A DNA stretch of 64,000 nt from Octopus sinensis. Its lineage: Eukaryota. Where the stretch lies: assembly GCF_006345805.1 (NCBI RefSeq), contig NC_043007.1, positions 61,132,001-61,196,000 of the forward strand, in the 5' to 3' direction. Of the stretch, positions 53,426-64,000 are shown piece by piece (position 1 is the stretch's first letter; the number at the start of each line of letters is the position of its first letter). The translations under genes were made by a program, and so were the position numbers. The notes beneath the pieces were generated by a model. It had not been told where the DNA came from. It worked only from the letters and a program-made list of their open reading frames with translations, and did no database searches.

Positions 53426-54274
53426 TATACTTAAGATTGGTTGGTGGTTTGTGGTATGGGAAGTACGAATTACTGTGTAACTGTAATATCTAAAAAGTTG
53501 GCTTTCACAACATCATCATCAAAATCTATGCCTAAGCCCATTCTATGGAAAAACTTAACTAAACTATTCTTAACCTTTTGTACTTTTTGGTTAGAAACAT
53601 TTTGAAGGTAGAGTAAACAATCATTCCGATATAGACCTCCACTGATACTTGGGAATTGGTCTGCCATTTCATAAAGTCATAAAGTATATATATATATACT
53701 GACCAAATCAGCTATTTGTGCTGTATCAGAACTTTCCATCATGACATCAAAATCATTGGGTGTATCTTTATGGACCCACAGCTTGTTATCAAATTTTATG
53801 ATAGATTTTCTGGCGGCCAACACAACATTAATCTCTTCCCTGGTGAGACCAGCCTTGTTGTGAGTTAGCCAGAGTGCCTTATTAAGTCCTGGTGGGTTGA
53901 TGGAGGAATAGAAACCAGAAATGTCAAACTGGATAGACTTAGTGCTCCTCTTATTAGTAATAGAACTAAACCAGTCAATGACTTGGAACAAATTGGACCA
54001 TAAACTAAGCTTTAATTTTTTAACTAAGGTAGGAATACATTTATCTAGAATAGTTTTACTAAGTACACCAATGTCAGAGCTAGAAGGACAGATAAGTCCT
54101 AAGGATGGATTATTAAAAAAATTTTGTTTATGATCTTTTAAAATAAAACGAGGTTGCTTAGGATCAAGTGGTTCTGTCTTCATCTGTAAGTTATACTTCT
54201 CCATAATTTTCTTAGCCTCAAGGCTGGCTTTCCTGATTGCACCTTTACTGGTAATCCTATGGTTTCTTTCTGTC

Positions 54275-54362
54275 TCTGCCTGATGAGAAGATTACATTGT
54301 TTTACACCATTTTATTCCTTTGGAATAATACCAATGTTGTCTTTGAGACATATGTCGGAAGT
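54275..54362 (+). ncRNA. Degenerate minimal type I hammerhead ribozyme in a Penelope pLTR
   Basis: CTGATGA (54280-54286), stem II gaagattacattg/caatgttgtcttt, GAGA (decayed GAAA), palindromic CATATG, then the TC cleavage site. Confidence 0.55.
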
Positions 54363-55148
54363 AAAAGAATTTACTTGCATTTAACTCCATTTATTTATTT
54401 ATATATATTATACAAAATATTTCACATTACCCCAAAGTTTCTAGCTTTACAAACAGGGTGTTACGTCCTTATTACTTGTGTGACTTTTTGCTGCCCTGGT
54501 AAACTGTTTATTTATTTTTTCCATGTTAATTGTAAACAAGGGGAAAATATATATATAAATAATATATAAATATATGCATATATACATACATATATGTACA
54601 TACATATATGTATATATACATGCATGTATGGGTACAGGACATAAAAAAAACGTTGAACACAATGAAAAGCAAAAACATAGAAACAAACTTATTTTGGAAA
54701 ACGCAAAAAACAAACAGAAACAAGACATGCAACAAAAAGAATATTCCCCTTTTTCAGTTCTCCCTGTTTCATCTACTCTGCATTATGAAGGCAAGGACAA
54801 TACATGACTTCATTGAAACAGTCCTTCCCACAAAGCAAATTAAATAAAATTTGGGATTTTTTGCGGAGGGTGAAAGTGGTAACAAGAACAGGACAGTGAG
54901 AACAAAATAGTAAAAACAAATGGTGAGGGCTGTTAAGCCAAGACGATGGAAAAATTATTCTGAACGCTAGGAAGACGACCTTATGAAAGGAGACAGTATA
55001 AGCATGTTTTGTCTTTAGGAAGGTAATGAGCAGAAAGATAGATTGTCTTTCGTGTCAGTGACGAGAGATTCGAGGAGGAGAAGGAGGAGAGGAGAAGAAT
55101 AGGGAAGGGTGGGAGAGAAAACCAGAAAGGATGAAGAACAAGAGAGGG

Positions 55149-55516
55149 AGCACCATCCGTTCGTGGCCGTTTGCCAGCTCTGTCTGGCCCCCGTGCCGGT
55201 GACACGTAAAAGCACCATCCGTTCGTGGCCGTTTGCCAGCCCTGTCTGGCCCCCATGTCGGTGACATGTAAAAGCACCATCCGTTTGTGGCCGTTTGCCA
55301 GCCCTGTCTGGCCCCCATGTCGGTGACATGTAAAAGCACCATCCGTTCGTGTCCGTTTGCCAGCCCTGTCTGGCCCCCATGTCGGTGACATGTAAAAGCA
55401 CCATCTGTTCGTGTCCGTTGCCAGCCTCGCCTGGCCCCCGTGCCGGTGACACGTAAAAGCACCATCCGTTCGTGGCCGTTTGCCAGCCCTGTCTGGCACC
55501 TGTGCGGGTGGCACGT
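55149..55516 (+). repeat. Six tandem 61-62-bp GC-rich units at the 5' end of an RTE-related retroposon
   Basis: aaaagcacc unit starts at 55208, 55270, 55332, 55394, 55455 and 55517. Confidence 0.92.
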
Positions 55517-55672
55517 AAAAAGCACCCACTACACTCACGGAGTGGTTGGCGTTAGGAAGGGCATCCAGCCGTAGAAACACTGCCAGATCTGACTGGGCCT
55601 GATGAAGCCTTCCAGCTTCACAGACCCCAGTTGAACCGTCCAACCCATGCTAGCATGGAGAACGGACGCTAA

Positions 55673-55721
<49 letters not shown>
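55517..55721 (+). mobile_element. Body and (ATG)n tail of the RTE-related retroposon
   Basis: Same body as 25245-25418, with a long ATG microsatellite at 55673-55720. Confidence 0.8.
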
Positions 55722-55753
<32 letters not shown>

Positions 55754-56289
55754 AGAAAGAAACTGGGACAAAAGGAACTGAGAACGGCGGGGAGGGAGAA
55801 AATAGGTGAGCATGATAGAAAGAATGAGTGTGTGTATATTAGTGTTCAAGTCTGCACATGTGTTTCTATGTAAGCATATAAGTGTGTGTATATATATAAA
55901 GATTGCAGACATGGTCTAGTGCTTAAAAAGTGCGGTGTTCTACTGTATGGCATGTTGTACAAGTATCTTTCATTATAACCGAGTAGAGCCATAACTCAAT
56001 GAATGAAACTGTGTAGATGAAATTGTATAGCAGCCTGTTGAATGGTTTGTCATGTTACAAATTGTCATGCTTATTCAGCCTCAGAATTATGTTAAGGGTA
56101 CATATGTCTATGGAATGCTCAGCTACTTACATGTTAATTTAACAAGTAGGTAGTGTGTTGAACAGTCTCAGTGCAATTCACGTATCAGTAAACTTGGATG
56201 ACTCACTGATTTATACTTCAATTGTACTAACATCACCTCTTAGTAGATGTGAAATGCATATATATATATATATATATATTATATCTCTC

Positions 56290-56510
56290 ATTATCATCAC
56301 CGTTTAACGTCCGCTTTCCATGCTAGCATGGGTTGGATGATTTGACTGAGGACTGGCGAACCAGATGGCTGCACCAGGCTCCAATCTTGATCTGGCAGAG
56401 TTTCTACTGCTGGATGTCCTTCCTAATACTAACCACTCCGGGAGTGTAGTGGGTGCTTAAACGTGCCACCGACACGAGGGCCAGTCAGGCAGTACTGACA
56501 ATGGACACGA
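56290..56510 (-). mobile_element. Antisense copy of the same RTE-related retroposon
   Basis: tttaacgtccgctttccatgctagcatgggttgga...gggtgcttaaacgtgccaccgacacg. Confidence 0.8.
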
Positions 56511-56976
56511 AAAAATCGTGCTTTTTTATATATACATATATATATATATAAAAATTAAATTAGAGATAAAACCACTCGTAGGCAACTCAAACAGTGATAG
56601 ACATAAACCAAAACATAAAAAAATAAATATAATTAATATAATATATATATAAAATTTAAAATTTAAATTATTAAAATTTAAAATTTTTAAATTTTTCAAT
56701 TATATATGCTAGCATGGAAAGCGGACGTTAAACGATGATGATATATATATAATGTGTGTGTGTGTGAGAAAGAAACTGGGACAAAAGGAACTGAGAATGG
56801 GGGAGGGAGAAAATAGGTGAGCATGATAGAAAGAATGAGTGTGTGTATGTTAGTGTCCAAGTCTGCACATATAAGTGTTTCTATGTAAGTATATAAGTGT
56901 GTATGTGCTTGTGTTTGTGGATGTTTATGAGCACATAATCAATCAAATAAAGTAACAGTTTTCCCTCAATTTCCAG

Positions 56977-57169
56977 TGGGCCGTATGATGTGAAGAATCC
57001 GAAAGTTGGAGAATCCCCGACGGCCCACCGTGAGCATATTGATGGCTTCTATGATGTTGTTGGTGGTAAAGGTGGCGATTCCTTTTTCCTCAAAGTTGAC
57101 ACCCTCATGGAAGGAACTATCCCTGATCGGAAGAAGGCATACAAGCTACTCCAAGACAGCCAAGAAAAG
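56977..57169 (+). CDS. RMDN3: RMDN gene internal exon: linker and start of the TPR-like domain (GPYDVKNP...FFLKVDTLMEGTIPDRKKAYKLLQDSQEK)
   Basis: Acceptor ttccctcaatttccAG|T (phase 2, completes the GG|T codon from exon 1) and donor AAG|GTATGT (phase 0). Open frame. 'KVDTLMEG...KKAYKLL' resembles the RMDN pre-TPR helices. Confidence 0.8.
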
Positions 57170-57979
57170 GTATGTTATTTCTGTTAATTATACATGACAG
57201 CAAACCCCTTCACTCATTCTTTATCTTTTTCTCTCTCTCTCTTCCTCTTTCTTTTTCACATGTCCATTTCATATACACGTACATACATCTTTCACTTTCT
57301 CCTCTCTTTCACTTTAAAACAAAAATATATAAATAAAATTAACATGGAAATTAATATGAAAATAATTTTAAAAAACCATTAAAATATTGTCTGTTTAAAG
57401 AAAGCTAAAATATAAATATTTACTGTACAAACAACTTACATTTTTGAAGTCACATTCAGTTAAAAATATTTCTAAATGATTAAAATATTGTGTAAGTCAA
57501 GAAGTCAATGTCTTTTTTCTTAGAGAGTGCAAAGACTATGTGTGTGCGTATATGTTACAGATAGCAGACATGCGTTTGTGTTGATTGATACACCATGATA
57601 TTCATTATATGCGTGTGTATTCTGTAACGGAAGCCATGCTTTTTTTGTCAAGAAATATCAAACAAAAGTTGTGTTTACTCATTTTCATTAATAAATAGAG
57701 GTCCAAATGTCACAAAAATTTGTATGAAAATAAATATGCAAAAAAAAATTAAGATAAGATGTACTATTTCTGAGATATTTCAGGTTCAGATAAACATCCC
57801 TAGAGTTTTAGTATTATCAAGATGTATGTGATTAGTGTGTGTGCATATGTGCACACATGCATATGCATGTATCACACACACACATACACAGAGTTTATGA
57901 AGTGATGAGTATTGTTCTGAAGTTTTATTGTAGTTTGGAAGTTAAGATAGAGGCCCAGTCATAATGTTCTTGATATACT

Positions 57980-58188
57980 TTTCTGCTCTAGGCACAAAGC
58001 CTGAAATTTTTAGAGAGGAGTTAGTCAATTAGATCAATCCCAGTATGCGACTGATACTTAATTTATCGATCCTGAAAGGATGAAAGGCATAATCGACCTC
58101 GGTAGAATTTGAACTCAGAACGTAAAGACGAACGGAAACGGCTAAGCATTTTGCCCGGTGTGCTAACATATCTACCAGCTCACCACCT
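57980..58188 (-). mobile_element. MetaSINE-like SINE with ~18-bp TSD
   Basis: Flanked by taat(g/a)ttcttgatatact at 57962-57979 and 58189-58206. Confidence 0.85.
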
Positions 58189-59699
58189 TAATATTCTTGA
58201 TATACTGTTTGTAAACTGGTGACATGTTTTCTCTATTTTGGACAGGACATGTCTACACATGCATTTAAGGTGTTTAAATTATGGTTTATTTTGACCATTT
58301 TGTTGTTTGCAGTGTGAATGACATTTAGCCATATTGAAAATGGCTAAAATATTATTTTGTATGCCTATAGAATGTAAATATTGTTGACTGTGTAAAGGGC
58401 ATTGGACTAATAGAAATGATACTACTTGGACTACCTTTTGATTTTAGTTCAAATTCTGCCATAGTTAATTTATTTGTAATTTTATCTCTCTTAGATTGAT
58501 TAAAGTAGGTATCAATCAAGTTCTGGGGTCACTTAAATTGATTGTATCTTTCTCTTCCCAAATGCTTGGCTTTGTGCCAATATCATAAATCAATATTGCT
58601 GAGTGTGGTAGTTCAATATAGATTTTGTTTAAGATGATGTTAAACAGTTGTATACTATCCTTAAGTACCACCACCTTAGGAATTCTAGCACTGTTTTGAT
58701 GGCATTTTCATGGTTTTGTCAGAGGAGGAACAGTTGCAGCCATGATGTTTTTTGAGGTTTCCACAACTACTCATTAAAAAAGAACAGTCCTTTTTTATGT
58801 GATATTGATTTTTCACTATATTTTTAGATCAATATCATCAAATGAATTCTTGAATAATTTTTATATTTTAAATTTGGAAGTTGATTTCAGACTATTTGAT
58901 TAACAAAATTTATTTTAAACAGTAATGATTTTTGCAATTATTACTGATGTCTCTAAACTTTGTACTTTCAGTTTTAGTTGGGAGGTACCTTCAGCATTCT
59001 GGTTAAAAATATGTTCCACTTCCACTAAAGGAATCTATCCATCTGTAATGTTGACTGTTCTAGGAAGCATAAACAAGTAACTGTTGCTTGGCCACAGAGC
59101 ATTTCAGACAGACAGACAGACTGTATTTTATTTGAGAGAGTAAAGTAAAGGAACTATGATGTATCTGCATCCAAGATACATCTGAAATCTCTCAAACACA
59201 AATAATAGAAGGGAGATGAGAAGATGCTACATATCAGTGCTGTTAATCAACATTGCGTGCTAGCTTAAGTAGAGTGAATAGTGTTGGGCTGAGGAGAGCT
59301 TGGTTTAGTACTGAAATTTGCCCTAGTTTTTTTTTCTCTTTTATTAAGGAAGATCTCTTGATGAAAAAGGCTCAGATTCTACTGTTTGAGTGGAATAAAG
59401 CCTGGTGCCAATAGTAAAGAGATTACATCAAGCATCTTTCTTTTCAAAATTTACATGCTTGTTTCCAAGTTGTAGCAGTATGCTGATTTTGTTTTCTGTC
59501 ATCTTCTTCATCTAGAGAAGAGAAACTTAAGACTTAAGGAAGGAACAAATAACTCATATTTTTTTTCAAAAACATTAGCAGCAGTGTAAATGGTGAGGAA
59601 ATACTTTTAACTAGGAATCAACACTCACAAACACAGCTTAGAGTTTATTACTTGTCTATAGTGTTTGCTACATATCAGTTTTTTTTAAATCTAAATATT

Positions 59700-60137
59700 T
59701 TAACCCTTTTGTTACACTGTTTCTGTTGAAATATGCTGCCTTCAATTAAATTTGAAAAGAATGAAGAATTTAGTAATATTTTGTCATTATTAAGCTTGTG
59801 TTTGGAATTGGTTTCAAATTTTGACATAAGGCCAGCAAGTTCAGGGTGGGTGGGTCAATTACATCAACCCCAGTGCTCAACTGCTACTTATTTTATCAAC
59901 CCTGAAAGGATTGAAAGGCAAAGTTGAACTTGGTGTAATTTGAAGTCAGAATGTAAAGATGGACAAAATGCTGCTAAGCATTTTTCTTGGTGTGTTGACA
60001 ATTCTGCCAGCCCGCTGCCTTTAGGAACATATATTAACATGAAATTTTGGTTGAAGGATTTAATTTAGATAATTTAATGTGAATTTGTATCACTGAACCA
60101 GGGACAATCTCATGTGAGTTGATATTGAAAGGGTTAG
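59700..60137 (+). mobile_element. piggyBac-like MITE with a nested antisense SINE (59807-60022)
   Basis: TTAACCCTTTTGTTAC...TTGAAAGGGTTAG ends. The MITE sequence resumes (ttaggaacat...) after the SINE. Confidence 0.6.
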
Positions 60138-60592
60138 TGTAATGAATAAGACAGTGGTAGATTTCTTTTTATTTATAGTTAAAACTGAAATAATAATTTT
60201 CTTTACATTAATACAATTTAGACATTTTTGAAAGAAGTAATTCATTTTTAACATTTGAAACATGAAATAAATAAATAAAGCTATAAATAATAGCTTGTAA
60301 ATATTGGGTTAAAAACTCCTTTGGATTGAAGACTGGCCGTGGGACATGAATCTTGACAGTCTTCAGCTTTTTCTATTCAAATGTTTTTTAACCCACTCAT
60401 AATGCTATTATTTACAGCCTTAACTACTTCAAGTTTCAACTGTTAAAAATGAATTCAATATCTTTAAAAACTGTTAAAAACGAATTTCAATATTTTTAAT
60501 TTTTATTTCTCTTTGTTAAAATATAACTCCTCTTTTACAAAGTTGAGTTAAATCTAACCTGTTTCAATTCAATTGTGCTTATTCTTTCGCAG

Positions 60593-60759
60593 TATGAGGG
60601 CAATATTGATTTCCATTGGCGCCTATCAAAATCAACTTTTCAAATGGCTGAAACTCACAAACCCCAAAGTGAGGAAAAGAAAGATCTTCTCCTTGTGGCC
60701 AGAGATTTAGCTAATGCCTCCCTTGCATTGAACGTAAACTCATCCAGTGCTCACAAATG
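60593..60759 (+). CDS. RMDN3: RMDN gene internal exon, TPR region (YEGNIDFHWRLSKS...ASLALNVNSSSAHKW)
   Basis: Acceptor cttattctttcgcAG (phase 0) and donor TG|GTAAAT inside the Trp codon. WRL and 'AL..N..S..AHKW' are hallmark RMDN motifs. The gene continues past the window end. Confidence 0.87.
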
Positions 60760-62677
60760 GTAAATATCAGCTATGCTTATTAATCATTTCATGTCTATGG
60801 CTTCTGATAGGTAGTGTAAATAACCATAGCTTAGACCTATTTTAGCTATAAATCTGGTAGTCAATAAGTTAACCTTTTAAAATCTGTATATACTGATAGC
60901 TTGGTAGGTTGGTTGCTACATATCATTATCATTATATGGCCACTTTTCTGTGATTGCAATGGTTGGTCAGGTTTTCCTCAGTATAGCATTTTGTTGTTAA
61001 TTACAGTCTTCATGAGATTTAACCTCCTGAAATCACCCTTCACCATTTCTTTTCATGTCTTCCTTCCACCTCTTCCATTTGCATCAATTGACATTTTTTC
61101 TTACACAATTGCTATCCGCCATATGCATCACATGTTCCTGACTGTGTAGTCTTCTCTTTTGCATTCTACATCCTCTTGTGCTTAATGCTTAATGCCCTTT
61201 TCTCAGCTCATATGTGCTGTCATTCATCATCATTTAATGTCTGTTTTCCATGCTGGCATGAGTTGCCTGGTTTGAAAGGAGCTGGCAAGGCTGGGAGCTG
61301 CACTAGGTTCGATTGTCTGTTCTGACATGGTTTCTACAGCTACATACCCTTACTAATGCCAACCACTTTAGAGAGTGTACTGGGTGCTTTTTACATGGTA
61401 CCAGAACCAGTGCTTTTTACATGGCAACAGCACCAATGGCATCCACACCAACAGGTCACCAAGTACCTTGCAAGACAAAACCTCCTCAACTGGGAGAAGG
61501 GTGTAGTATTGATAGTATGTGGCTTTGTGCCAGTTAAAAGATTAAAGGTATAGAGGGACAGAGATAGGTGTCTTGCTGTAGATACATGGATATTGTGGTT
61601 GGAAAAGAAAGAGAGAGTAACATTGGCAGTGGTGAGAATAGGTGACATGATACAGAGACTTGAACTGGGTGAGTTGGCAGGATGAGGTGATTGTAGCAAA
61701 TGTTGGCAAGAAATATAGCAAAGGCTTGGGGTAGGGGTTGTGGTAGATATATGAGGTCATTGAGGTAGATTGTGAGTAAGCAAGATGTTACTGATGGAAA
61801 ACAGCAAACATATTTATTCACTGAAAACTTTACAAATTCAAGAAAAAAAAAATGCTAGCTTCATTTCTTTTCAGCCAGTACACATCCACATTCAGTGCTC
61901 ATGTTTCACTACCATGCACTTCATTACTCAAGCATCATACTGTCTGTCCTCAGTAGTTGCGTATTTCTAGAACATCTTCGTCCTTGTAGCAGTTGATGAT
62001 TATACTATTGTGCCAGTCATTGGGCATGTCAACCTTCTCTATTACCTGATTGACATTTCTTGTGACTAGCACCTGTCCTACTTTGCTGGATATTTTTATC
62101 CTTTCCTTGAAAGTCTAGCTGCTCTTCCTACCTTCATATCCCTAACCCTGTTACTGACTGTCAGCTTCAATAGATTGTTTCTCTGTTGAGTCTTTTTGCT
62201 GTAGACTTTCTTTGTCTCCTCTATTCATTCTCCTCATATAGCAACTTCACCAAGTAACATTTCCATGTCTCTTCTTGATGTCATTGAAGGCAAGTGTATT
62301 GCTGTTGCTCTATATACACCTTGCCTCAATGATGTCTTGATTGATATTGCTTTGTGATCCTGAACACCTCATAATTCTGATCCTTATGTCATAAAACATT
62401 GACACTCCTTTTATTTTCAGTTTCTCACTTTGCTATATATACTTGGTGTCTAACTTCTCCTCTAGTTACTGGATATTGTTCTTTGCTTCCTCTTTCTTAC
62501 AATTTCTTCAAGCCTGACTTTTAGCTCTGGATCATTTCACCAGCATAACACCTTCTGTGTAGTTGAAACCTTGCTTCCATCTAGATATATCTAGTTTGTA
62601 GTTCTCAGCAGAAACTCTCAGTTGTCTTCAACATTTTGACTTTTTATCTCCATCTTCTTTTCATATGCATGTATGTA

Positions 62678-62905
62678 CAGGGTTGGCCAAAAGTCACCTG
62701 ACAGTAAATAAAAACCATTTAATTCCAAGATTTATTTATGTTTAACAACTGAATGAATTTTATAAAAGCATCTAAACTCATCATGAAAATTGATCAAACT
62801 GAAGTCCTTCTTGAGTGACACATTTTTCCATTCAAGTCAACACAGAATTACAGATAGTATTTATAGAATTTTGATTTACTGTCAGGTGACTTTTGGCCAA
62901 CACTG
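62678..62905. mobile_element. Tc1/mariner-type MITE
   Basis: ~32-bp TIRs CAGGGTTGGCCAAAAGTCACCTGACAGTAAAT / ATTTACTGTCAGGTGACTTTTGGCCAACACTG with TA flanks. Confidence 0.85.
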
Positions 62906-64000
62906 TATATGTATTCTCTTGACTTGACACTGCACATTAATCACTGTAATACCAATGGTGTTGTTCATTTGCATTCTTCTTTGAAAACATGCCTGACTAT
63001 TGGGCTGTTTGTGTTTGAAGAACTCATAAAAACATTAGCTTGCTTGGAAACAGGTGAGAGTTGGTTACAGGAAGAGCTTCTGGCCATAGAAAAATTTGCC
63101 TCAAGGAATTTTGTCTGACTTATGCGAGCATGGAAAAGTGGATGTTAAAATTGGGATGTTGATGACAGGTAGTAGTGCCTTTGTAATCTTCTTTCAGTCT
63201 AGTGCTTCTATAGATAAAGAAATAAAGAACATACAATATAAAATGAACTTAAGTTACTGTTCTCTATTAAACAGATTTTTGACTATAAGGATCTCCTCAT
63301 TAGTAACAAACTGGCTGTATACAAAGCAGCTGTGATACCTACTCTCATTTATTACTGTGAAACCCAAGTTATATACAGAATGCATAGAAACTTTCCAACA
63401 AAGAGCAAGTGTTAGGATTGAGTGACCATTGATGAGATCCTACTGTGAGCAAAGACCATCATTATTGAAGATAGTATCCAAAGTATAGCTAAGATGGGCA
63501 AGACACCATGGATACATGCTCAACACTCAAATTCCCACTGAATTCTTTTATTTTGTGCTGCAAATGACAAGAATGTCAGAAGAGATACAGAGATCAACTC
63601 AGGAAGATGCTGCTGAAATGGTGCAAGGTACTTTAGACACAATGTGAAGAACTGGCAAAAGATCACTTTGACTGGTGTTAACTATTGCTGTTAAGTTGCT
63701 TAAGATAGTCTAAACTTAATTATTCTGTCAGAAATCTAGCAGAGGTTCTCACTCCATTAAACTTTTTGTATACAGTTACTCATCTATTCACTTCTTCCTC
63801 CTTATATCTACAATCAGATCTATCTTTCATCATGCCAATGTTGATGGTGTCAGTCCTGATAGGAGAAGATGAGTTTCTAGTAGTGGTTAGGTTGTTTAAA
63901 GATTTTTGCATCTGTAAGAGAGTTGCTGTGATAACATTCAATAGATTCACACATGATCAAATGTTCTCAATTCTGTGCACAAACTAACATACTAAGAGTC

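Larger units (their letters stand above)
50821..54400 (-). mobile_element. Penelope-like retroelement (RT + GIY-YIG), 5'-truncated, with inverted pLTRs and interrupted by other insertions
   Basis: RT fragments LKDHK, QFDISGFYSSI, GGLYRND and NFLDIT (53430-54250). GIY-YIG endonuclease fragments SIYQCKI...KRISNH...CQLCNSE...CKH (51234-51940). Homologous ~140-bp segments in opposite orientation at 50821-50963 and 54261-54400. Confidence 0.88.

Noticed and set aside
54650-55140. Possible second Penelope pLTR remnant with hammerhead-like words
   Set aside because: No intact CUGANGA/GAAA pair with supporting stems could be assembled.
55149-55516. CRISPR-like array
   Set aside because: The units are contiguous near-identical repeats with no unique spacers. 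The context is eukaryotic and there are no cas genes.
54981-55643. Long repetitive ORFs (220, 145 and 156 aa) on the minus strand
   Set aside because: They arise from the stop-poor 62-bp tandem repeat, which is open in all three frames. There is no protein-like signal.

Overview
AT-rich, repeat-dense animal genomic DNA. The SINE families and (TA)n/(TG)n/(ATG)n tracts look like a cephalopod, probably Octopus; this is inferred from recognising the repeats, not from a search. One host gene is supported on the + strand: an RMDN (regulator of microtubule dynamics / PTPIP51-like) gene. Its coding exons are 8020-8273 (TM helix, coiled coil, FFAT motif), a probable 54-nt symmetric cassette exon at 34565-34618, 56977-57169 and 60593-60759 (TPR region), and it continues beyond the window. 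The ~48.7 kb between exon 1 and the 56977 exon, and the upstream region, are filled with transposon fossils: a hAT element with an 8-bp TSD, CACTA-, Mutator-, mariner- and piggyBac-type MITEs, a Penelope element with inverted pLTRs carrying decayed hammerhead ribozymes, LINE fragments (CR1/L2-like, RTE, R4/Dong-like) and many SINEs. The most unusual signal is a 62-bp structured-RNA module (two hairpins plus a possible pseudoknot, with covarying stems) that is tandemly amplified at the 5' end of an RTE-related retroposon. Most entries in the ORF track are spurious.
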